This document shows positions 48,356 through 58,891 of a DNA stretch of 64,000 bases, in pieces. Source of the stretch: Vitrella brassicaformis CCMP3155. Taxonomy: Eukaryota > Protista > Chromerida. The notes below the pieces were generated by a model. It searched no databases. It was not told the DNA's origin and saw nothing but the letters and a program-made list of their open reading frames with translations. Location of the stretch: the NCBI GenBank assembly GCA_001179505.1, contig CDMY01000345.1:1-64000 (forward strand), given 5' to 3'. Every line of letters begins with the position of its first letter. The stretch's first letter is position 1. Made by a program: the position numbers and the translations under genes.

Positions 48356-50448
48356 CTACACCTGCATGCCTGAAGCACTCGAACGGACAAGTGAGCATGT
48401 ACGGTTAAGCGCCACGCCAAGTAAGGCATCAACATCGTCCCGAGATGGCAGAATCCACGCATGGCCATCCTCCTGCCTCCTCACAAATGCCTTCTCTCCC
48501 CGCCCCCCACCCCCTCGCAGCCACACTGACTTGATCTCCATCGACCGCATATCGGGATCGCTGAAGAGGTCGGCCGCGCCCGGCAGCGGGTTGCCGACTA
48601 GAGGCGGCCATACCTCAGTTTCCATCCACTGCTGCCGGCGATCTTTATAGTCGATGAAGGGCTCGTCCTTTCCTGGCGGTAAGGCGTCGCCGCGGACACA
48701 CTTGTAGCCCCACACATCGCTCAGCTTGCCATCGTTCTCCACCACGAAGACAAGAAAGTCATATTTGTCCTCGAAGGCTGCATCAGGCTCAGGCTGATAG
48801 AAGAAGACAGTTCGAGGATCCCATATGGATCCTTCAGAGGGAGATTCGCTCCTATCGACAAACGCCTTGACGACATCTTCAGTGCTTCTCCACTCCGAGC
48901 TGAAGTACCCGCCAAATTTGCAGCCCATCTGCTGTTTGTCGTATTTCACCGGTATCACGAGAGAACGGGGAAGAACGTTGCCGACCTGCGGTGGGACCTC
49001 GTCAGCATCGCGGGGGCCATGGTGGGTCAGCCTCTCTATTTCGCCTTGCAGCAATCGTAGGAGCACCGCCGCTGCACACGGTCCGACCCACTGGCGTCCC
49101 TCCTCAGCATGATTGAGCATCCGCAGGCTGCTGGCAACAGCATTCAGCCCCTCACAAAACGACTCGCCAGCTTCCTCCTTCAAAGCGTCCCATTGCGCCA
49201 GCCTCGTGCACATACCGGCCAGATAGCAAGGAGGCACTAAGTATGTTCTCTGCCGCGTCAGTCGTCCTGGCCGTTTATATGAGGTCCTTTCTTCGTCAAA
49301 CACATTCAAGAGTGCCGTCCAGTTGCCGATGTCAGGAACTGACCAGCCGAAGGTCGCTTCTCCTTCCATAGCCGTAGCCAGAAAATCGCATAATACCTCA
49401 ATCGCTCCAAATATAATCGATGGATTGACACGAGAGACGTTGCCGACTTTGGCCTCCAGAGAGCCACCGTGCTGACGCATTTCCCACACTAGTCCAGGAG
49501 ATCGCCCGGCCCAGCAAATCGTTCCACGAGTCACATTGCTGTCCAGAAGGTGCTCCAGATCCTTTTCCTCGATCAAAGGCAGCTCTGGCCGAAGCAGGTC
49601 ACGCCACTTCCGGAACATTGGATCGAGGAAGGAAAGAAAATCGCCGCTGACAGTGGTCGCATTGTTGCGCTCAGTAAAGACGAAGTGCCGGTCACGACGA
49701 TTAAGGAAATTGCACTTGAGGTATTCACCCACTTCGCCCTCGGCTTTACAGCGCTCGCCGCCCTCCAGAGTCGCAAAGCGGTGAAGATCGTCGATAAGCA
49801 GCAGACACGAACGATAGCCAAGCCACTCACGCGCGGTGCGTTTGCTGATGGATGCGTGCCTGAGCCACATCGTAAAGTTCAGCTTGTCGACGTCCACATT
49901 GGCTGCCCGTGCGACCCTTGCTCGCGCCTCGTCGGTCGCCGCCGCCCACGCCAGCCGCAGATTGAGTGAGTCGAACAACGGCGTAGAGGCGCCTTCGGTG
50001 TCTAAGTGATACTCGGTCTCGTCACCAAAAGAGATGAAGATGGCGGGGATGCCCTCATGCCGCAGCTTCTTGGACAGCTCTTTCAGCATCCTGGTCTTGC
50101 CAGCCCCTTGGAAGCCGACAAATGACATTGGCATCACTCGCGAGCTCGACGAGTCCATCCTCCCGTACTCGCGCAGCAGCAGCGAATAGGCCTTCTCGAC
50201 ATAGTCGCTCCCAATGAACACCTCAGGCTCTGTCGTCAAGTCCACTCGAGGGAGCGGCACGTCAGCAGTGGGCAACAGATCATCCACTGTCAGCTCCACG
50301 CGACCTGCAGACGAAAGTGACACACCAGACAAGATGAATCTGCTGCCTGGTCGTCAATGGGGAGATGAACGTGTCACGAACCGTCTGCTTCTTGTGGCCT
50401 TTTGTGTGCCTGCTGGTCTTGTGTCTCGAACTCCTGTGGCCTCTTCAT
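48356..50448 (-). CDS. Crinkler/RHS-like NTPase-REase paralog CR4 (intact; short basic header exon)
   Basis: Uninterrupted ORF 48356-50332. Upstream exon ATG 50448 encodes MKRPQEFETQDQQAHKRPQEAD-G, with a phase-1 GT donor at 50381 joining GRVELTVDD. Confidence 0.8.
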
Positions 50449-50675
50449 GGCTGTCACGGGATGTGCTTCCGCGATGAATCAAACCGCGCGGCGAGATGAA
50501 AAGCGATGAACCTGCAGAAAGGAAGTGCGAGCTTCTCTATTAGCTCGCCGAGGGAAGGGGGCCTGAGTGAACGGGGATGGTTCGGTTTCGTGCTTAGCGG
50601 CTGATACCAGTGAGAAGCTTGAACAGAAATACCGTTCGTGGTGGATAGATCACTCCCACTCATCCATCTGTCGGC

Positions 50676-53600
50676 ATGAGTTCAAGCACCGACAGCCGCA
50701 CCGAATGGTGGCGCAAACACGCGCCGCAGACCGAGGTAACGCAGCACACACCATACAGACACGCATGGATGCATCCACAAGCCACCATCCACACGGGCAT
50801 GTGTGTGTGTGCGTGCGTGCGTGTGTGTGTGTTTGCCTGCATGTTGCTGCACTCATCATTGATCAATCAATCAGGGCGAGTTGATAGTTCACAAGGCCAA
50901 GATCCGGGAGCTCAAGCACGCCCTCATGCAGACCCACCTGCCGCTCCACTCGTCCAGGGATGCAAACAAATGGGACGCCATCGCCGACGAGTACGCCGTC
51001 CCCGTGCGCGTCCTGGTCATCACTGGGCCGCCTGGGTGCGGCAAGGAGACCACTCTGCGGGTGCTGTGCAGCGAGATGGGCATGGCCGTCAAGGATTGGG
51101 TCGACATGCCCACTGGCGCCAGTGGCTCGTCGTCGCACTTCTCGCGAGGCAGTGAGGACGACGGCTTCAGTCGCGAGGAGGGCTTCGAGCATGGCGGGCT
51201 GGGCACACAGTTCCTGTCCTTCTTGCAACAGGCGCAGCGGTACGGGTGGATGGATTCGTCAGAGGGAAGGAGAGAGGGTGGCAGTGAAGTGACAGGTGCG
51301 TGCGTGTGTCGGTGTTCATGTTGGTGTGTCAGGTTCCCCCGCATCCCCACCGCCTCCAAGGCGCCGCCCAAGAAGACCCCCTCCCAGGGCTCCTCAGTCG
51401 ACGCCAGCCGGGCCGCCAAGCTCTCCCAACCATCGGTACTGCCGTCCATGCCGGCCAAACGACCACCTGTAGGCGCAGCGCAACAGCAATGCGGGCCACC
51501 CCCTCTCCCTCCCCTTTTGTCTGCATCCATCCCATCGGTCCTGTGTGTGGTGTTGCATGCAATGCAGCAGCGGATGTTCCAGCCGCGCATGGCACAGAGG
51601 AAGCCCGCCAAGCCACCCGGCCCCTCCCAGCCGTCATCGCAGCAGCAGGCTGGCCTTGGCCCCCCCCAGACGGCCAAGGCGCCACCACCACCGCCACCAC
51701 CACCACCGCCGCCGCCCGCTCCCAGCAACAAAGCGGACAAGAAGGGGGCCGCACTGATATCGGCACCGGAGGATGGCGGCCATGGCGACGACACGACGGC
51801 CATGCCGCACGTGACGCTCATCAAGGACTTTCCCTACTCGCTTGTCGACCACTCGCCCGGCTTCGTCGAAAAGATGCAGGCCGCCCTCCAGCAGTGTCTG
51901 CGGCAGCCCGTCCCCACCAAGCAGCTCGTGACTCGCAAGCCCAAACAGCCCCGCGTGCAGCAGCCGACGTCGCCCACAGACAGCGACGAGACCGAGGTCA
52001 TTCCCATCCCCGACCCTGACGAGGAAATCGTAGCCGTGGGAGGCGGTGAGGTCGGTCTGCAGGAGGCGCCGGAGCCGGTGGTGCGTCGCCATGTGAACCT
52101 GCTGGTGTTCATCCTGACCGAGTCGGCGCGCGACCGGATGCTCATCAACAAGGTGCTGCCGCCCACGCTGTTCAGTACATCGTCGTTTCACCGCAGTGCG
52201 TCGGGTGGGTCGGGCTTCGGGCGGGGGAGGGCGGCGGCGAGCTACCAGCAGCAGCAGACGGCCGACAGTGACGCGCCGTCTCAGATACAGAAGATCAGGT
52301 GAGATGGATGGATGGATGAATAGATGGATGTGCCACATGTGTCATCGGAATGGTGGCTCTGTGTCTGCGTCTGTGTCTGTGTCTGTGTAGCTTCAATGGC
52401 ATCCCTCCGGTGACGATGAAGCGTGCGCTGACCGCCATACTCACCGAGGAGGGCATCCCGTCCACCGCCGTCGACACAGAACTCATCGTGGTCAGCCACC
52501 ATCACACACACCACACACAGACACACAGTGGATCCCTCTCTCTGTCTGTCTGTAGGATGGCTGCAACGGCGACCTGTTGAATGCGATCAACTCCATCGAG
52601 ATGGTCTGCATCGGCGCCCACGAGCCACTGGCGCCGCCAACAGCAGCCAAGGGCGGCCGGTCGCGCGCCAAGAGCAAAGCCAAGGCCAAGGCCAAGGCGG
52701 CCGCGCGCAAGAGTGAGGGCCTGGGCGTCGTGGCGGCCACGCAGCGTGACACCAAGTGGGGGCTCTTCCACGCACTGGGCAAGTTCCTCTACAACAAGCG
52801 CATCCCGCCCGATCCTTCCAACACCGAGGACAGCGACGAGGTGGCCGCCCAGCCACAGCCACAGCCCCAGCCGTCTGCGTCGGCCTCCCAGGCCTCCATT
52901 CAGCTGCCACTGATCATGCACCAGCAGCAACAGCACCAGCCGAAGGGCAACAACGGCAAGCGAAGCGCCCACGACGACCAGGAGGATGACATCGACGACA
53001 TACTCGACGACTTTGACGACGCGCAGCCGTCCAAACGCCCCAAGGTGGAGGAGGCCATCGACCTCACTGACGAGCACCAGGACATGCCCATGGCCACATC
53101 GGCCGCCATGTCGGCTGCACCGTCCAAGTGGAAGGCTCTCAAGGGGCGCGCCAAGGCCAAGGGCAAGGCCAAGGGCAAAGCTGCTGGTGGTGGTGGGCGG
53201 GGCAAGGGCAAGACTGGCAGCAAGGAGAAGGAGGCGGTGCAGCTGCCGTATGAGTTGCTGTGCGACAAGACCAAGCGGCCGCGGCTGTACTTCTCGCCGG
53301 AGGAGGTCCTCGAGAGCACTGCGTGTGAGGGGGACGCCTTCGTCGAGTGGATCCAGGAGAACTACCCACTCGTAGGCCGAGACGAAAATATGACAGCAAG
53401 CATTCCTTGTCTCAGACGTTTCAGTCATTTCCGTCTGCCTGTCTGTCTTTGTGTGTGACCGATCAGTTCTATGGTGACATAGAGGACATCAGCAACTGTG
53501 CCAGAGAGGTGACGCAAACACGGGTCCGGCCCGGAGCCAGAAGAGGACGCGCAAACACATCTTGCTTCTCAAAGTGTGTGTAAGGTTGCCTGTGCGTGTG

Positions 53601-54755
53601 TGTGTGTGTTCCGTCAGATAGCTGAGGCGGACGGCCTGTACGGTCAGTGGCGAGGCGGGGAGGCGGAGCAAGACCACGTAAGTCAGCCACGCCGCCACAC
53701 AAAGGCCGTCCATCCATCCATCCATCCATTCATTCGGCCATTCATGTGTGTTTGTGTGCAGTCAGCCGCCGTGTCGAGTGAGTTGAGTCGCTTCGGGAGC
53801 ATCATTATGAGCAGGGGGGTGAGTGGGGCGGTGCGGTCGACCTACTACGCCGTCATTGTGGGCCGGGCAGTGCTTGACGCCAACCTGCACCCCACACAGC
53901 CGCCCAAAGGCAGACACAGACAGGCAGCAGAGGATGGCGAGTTTGAGGGCTTTGGGGGCGGCGGAGGGGGGGCGGGGTCGGGGCTGCACCAGCACAAGAA
54001 GTGTCCCCGCAAAGAGGTCATCGACGACTGCATCAAGCGCAAAGGGGACATCAAAGGCCACGTCACACGTAAGCATCCTTCGACAGATAGAGGCACAGCG
54101 AGAGGGACGACAGACAGACAGACAGACAGACAGACGTGTGCGCGCGCGATGGCGTGTTTGTTCTTGTGTGTGTGAAGGTTTCATTGTGGATGCGCTGAGC
54201 CGCGCTGGCCGAGAGCAGCCCGACCAGCAGCAGCAGTTGGTGCCCTGGAACTGGAGCCCTCTGCGCATCGACATGGTCGTGACGGACGTGCTGCCATACC
54301 TTCACCGGGTCATGGAGGCCACACAAGGTGTGTGAGTGAATGGATAGATCAGCAGACACACACACACACTGTGGTGTACGTGGGGTGGCGCACTCACTCT
54401 CTCATCCATATGTGTGTTGGTTGGTCGACCGCTGCCTACAGGGACGTACTTGCCATTGCCCTGCGACTTTCTCACCAGTGTGGTCGAGGCCAACGACCTG
54501 CCCATCGACCCATCGCACTACACAATGCCCCCTCCCCCTCCCCCTCCCCCGTCCTCCACACACGGTGGCGGTGGCGGCAAAGGATTCATCGGCATGCCGC
54601 CGCCCAACAAGACCAACAAGGGCCGCCCACCTGCAAACATACACTCACAGCAACAGCCGGCAGCAGCAGCAGCAGCCCCGGACGACGCCGATCTGGACGC
54701 CTTGCTGGACGACATTGACAACATAGTAGAGGGGGACGATATCGAGGAGGTCTGA
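50676..54755 (+). CDS. RAD17: Cell-cycle checkpoint clamp loader RAD17
   Basis: WWRKHAPQTE|GELIVHKAKIREL, VLVITGPPGCGK, LIKDFP, IQKIRFNGIPPVTMK, GDLLNAINSIE, RDTKWGLFHALGKFLYNKR, WIQENYP. Confidence 0.88.
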
Positions 54756-55437
54756 TGGAGGGAGGGGCGGGCAGAGGGGAGAGATACAGGCAGACAGACA
54801 GACAGAGAGGCATCTTGGTAGCTGTGACCAGCGGGGCCGAGGAGGGCGGAGAGAGAGCCTGTGTGTATGGTAGATCTAGCCCATTGATTTGATTGCAGAA
54901 ACACTTGCATGGCATGGAATATCTACTTTGTGTGTGCGAGTGTCTATGAGGGTGACTCTCCATCGCTCGGCGTTTCGGCTGGCCGGCCGCCGATTGACAG
55001 ATGCGATGCGATGCAGATCAGGGACTTTTACAGACAGACCGACCTCAAACCCTCTCAGTGAATGCAGTCATCTGACCCACCACTTCCCCGACGACGCCCT
55101 CCTGTGGGTCAGATGGGCTCTCGAGGGCAATTTACGTGGCCCGCGTCGCCCACTCAGCCCCCCGGCCTTGCCAGAGGCATCATAGGTGTGCATCTGACAC
55201 CCGATATCACTGCAAATGACGGCGGGAGAAACTCAAGCTCGCAAATGGATCAGGGAGAGACGGCGAAAATCTGTAGACGCTGTCTGCGTCTGCCGTCTGT
55301 TGACATCCGTTGAGCCTAATCCGATCGCAATCAGTCGATGTTCGTCGATTCGAGATTGTCGAGACACCGTGTCTTCCGCGTCGTCCACCCCTTCCACCAT
55401 TCGGAGCGTTGATTGGAGGTACTTACGTTGAGTGAGA

Positions 55438-57444
55438 ATGGCGACCACCAGTGAGGGTCCCTCTATGACCACCGGCGAGGCCGTCAATCCCGCCGAGCTG
55501 ACGAGCAACCCCACGATGGCGACTGACACGCACCCCATCGGTGCAGGAGGTGCCGAACTTGCCCAGGGCGGCCACACAGGCTCTGGGCTGACCAACGGGG
55601 AGGTCCAGCAGCCCAAGGGCAGCGACCAGCAGTCAGCCGGGGTCGGTGTGGACGGCGAGCAGCGGCCTTCTGCCTTTGGGTCATCGGCTGCTGCAGGCAT
55701 GTCGTTCTTCCCCCCGCTGCCCTTCCTGCCCCACTACACGGCCACGGCCGCTGCTGGGGAGTACTCGAACGGAGCGGCGGCAGGGCTGCCGAGCTTCTAC
55801 CCTCCCCCTCCCCTGCAGCCGCTCACGCTACCCCTCCCCAATGGGGACGCCACCAGCAGCCAGACGGGAGCAGCACTCAGCAGCAGCAGCGGCGCGGCCA
55901 AGCGCACCGCGGCTGCGTCGCGCGTCAAGGTGGCGGGAGTTGGTGCTATGGGGGGTGTGGGGGGTGTGAGTGAGAAGGACCGCCGCCGTCTGCAGATGGC
56001 CATCCAGAACGAGGACACCTACGCGCAGATCCTGGCTCGTGTGCTGCTGCGTCAGCTCAAGGAGAAGATGCCGGGCGGCAACCCCCAGCAGCTGCGCATA
56101 TCCCTCAAGGGCAAACCCGACCGCTTTGTCGTCAAGTCCGACGACCGCCCCGCCGCGGCCTTCGCCATCCACACGGGCGTCACGAACGCGCTGCAGCAGG
56201 CCATCGACGAGCGCAACACCCGTGCGGCCGCGCTGGAGCTGCCGCCGTGGGACAACTACCAGTCGATTCTGGCGGTGTCAGCCGACGAAAACGAGCGCAA
56301 GAGTGAGGGCGAGGAGGGCGTGGGCGACCCCCTGGCCGGCGACATGTCGCTCTGCCACGGGCTGGAGGAGATCAGCGGCACCGCCAACGGCGAGGGGGCG
56401 GGCGACGCCATCTACCCCTTCTTGCTGCCTGTGGGCAGCAACACCGGTGCGGGCGAGGCCGCTGGTGGTGGGCAGGGGGGGAGGAACGGCAGCTTGTATG
56501 TGAGCGAGACCGAGACGGCCGCCATCCGCACCATGATTCAGGAGATCTCAGGCCGCCTGAGTTCGCTGCTGCCGCCCAGCCCGTCGAGCTCGCCCCGCCT
56601 CGTCATGAAACTCCTCTGGGAGAGCGAGACCCAGTCGCTCATCGCCCAGTACGGCTTCAAGGGCGTCACGGCCGCCGGTCAGCCATTCCGCCTCACCAGG
56701 GCCGCAGAGGTGCCCCGGGTGATGCGCCAGATCATCACGACCCGCAACCAGCTGGCGCAGCGGCTGGGGCAGCCGCTCATTGAGGGCTTTGACGGCATCC
56801 TGGACCAGTTCACCCTCGCCATGAGCGCTCCCAGTGTCACCCATCCCCTCACCCACCACACCACCGGGGGCAGTGGCGGGGGCACACGGGGCCGCAGGGG
56901 GTCAAAGGGCGGCGGGGGGCTGTCGCGGGGGCACAGGCAATTCCCGGCTGGCGCTGTGTGTGGGTACCCGTCGGAGGGCGGGGGTCTGTTTGAGTCGCTG
57001 ATGGATTTCCACGCCGACATGCCGCTGAAGGTGGAGCAGATTCACATGGTGGCGGCCACGCTGCTCAAGCAGCTCGAGAAGCACTACGTGGCCGTGCAGC
57101 GGCGGAGGGGCGATGCTGGCGCCATGTTCCCCTTTGGCATCACCTGGGACCCTGTGTAAGCCAAAAGCCAAGCCAACAAACCGCACACATGCACTCACAC
57201 ACACACAGGACACAGAGGGGGGAGTGGTTTATGTGTGTTCTGCTGTGTGTGGATGTGTGTGTGGTTCATTCAGTCGTTGTAGAGTTCGTTGGAAGGTTGG
57301 CCACGGCCACTCACGGAAGCACTGCGAGAAGCGCGTGTCGCGCAACGGAGGCGGCGACGGACTGAGAGAGGCCATACAGGCAACACACACACACACACAC
57401 AGAGGGCAAATACCAGCAACACCATGCCCTCAGCCCCTCTCACC

Positions 57445-57477
<33 letters not shown>

Positions 57478-58167
57478 CGTGTGTGTGTGTGTGTCTTGTG
57501 ACTGTCCTTTATTCAGTATGCCATAGACAACCGCAACGCGTGGGCGCGCACCGAGGGGCTGCCTGAGGTGACGGGGTACGAGGACATTCTGCAGACCGAC
57601 AACGCCACTCTGCTGCTGTCCGCCGACCACCGTGACTTCGACAGCCACCTGCTCACGCACCAGCAGGCCCACACCAGCCACTCGGTCGGGAGGGACCGGC
57701 CGGCCGACCTGCTCGCCCGTATCAAGCAGGACACCGATCAGGATTTCATGCTCATGAACACCGCCGATGGCAGCAGCTACGGGGCCGCCGCTGCTGCTGC
57801 TGGCTATGGCGACACGGACCTCATGCAGATGCACCACACACCCACCGGACACGGCCAGGGGGGAGGCAGGAAGCGCAAGAACTCCGGCGCCGGCAGCGAT
57901 GCCGATAAGCCGGGCGGCAAGAAGGCCAAGCGCACCACCAAGAAGCAGCAGCAGCAGCAGCAGATGGCAGCAGAGGCCTTCGAGGCACCAACACACAACG
58001 ACCAGCAGCAGCAGGAGCAGCAGCAGCAGCAGGTCATCGACAACATGCCCGACGTGGCCATGAAGCAGCCAGAGGAGGAAGCAGCACCGGCCGACATCGA
58101 CCCGGTGGCCGTGGACGTCAGTGCCGCTGCTGCTGCTGCTGCTGGTGGTGAGCAGGAGGCCGCATGA
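55438..58167 (+). CDS. Putative nuclear protein with three internal repeats (divergent AP2-like DNA-binding domains?)
   Basis: Repeats end ALQQAIDERN..LPPWDNYQSIL, VMRQIITTRN..QPLIEGFDGIL and AIQYAIDNRN..LPEVTGYEDIL. Basic NLS-like GRKRK..KKAKRTTKK; Q-rich tail. Middle exon at ~57280-57378 is inferred. Confidence 0.65.
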
Positions 58168-58891
58168 ATGGATGGATCGATGGCTGGATGGATGGCCGAC
58201 TAGCTAGATACTACCCACCTACCTACTGAGTGGATGTGTGTGTGTGTGTATGTGTAATGGAACACACCAACGACCGACCGATCGACCGACCCAAGGATGC
58301 ATCCGTGGAGACGGACCTCTATCTGTCGATCTTTCTTTTTGCGTTTGAAGCACTCGCATGGGCAGTCGGTCGCGCAGTAAGCACTTGTAAGGTCACTTTC
58401 ATCATGACTCAACGCGCACACACAGAGGGAGGGAGGGAGGGAGGGAGGGATTCGGGGAGAGAGGGATGGGTTTCTCACAATGCCCCCTCACTTCACGAAC
58501 CCACCATGTACACTTACTTGTACGCCATCCATCCATCCATGTGTATCAGTGTGTGCGCGTTGGCTGTGGTTCTCCATGGCAAGAGTAAAGGGAGAGAGAG
58601 AGGGAGAGAGAGAGATGACTGGAGGGGGAGGGAGAGGGAGAGGGGGAGGGGTGGTTGGCTGCAGCTACGGTAGGCGGTCACCCCCCACCTGTGACCCTGC
58701 ATGCATGTAGTTCATGTCACGTGTGGTCGGTTGGTTCTTCGTAGAGAGACCCGTAACTGACTGACTGACGACTCGACTCACTCATCGCCTTCAGGCAAGA
58801 AGTGAATGCAATGCACTCGTTCGTTCCGCTGCACAATACCCCCACCCGGCACCCACGCCACACAATGTCTCTCTCCATCTGTCTGTCTGTC

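Noticed and set aside
27262-50448. Calling the CR units a defined DNA transposon
   Set aside because: No terminal inverted repeats, target-site duplications, DDE/HUH/tyrosine-recombinase ORF or shared sharp ends could be identified by eye.
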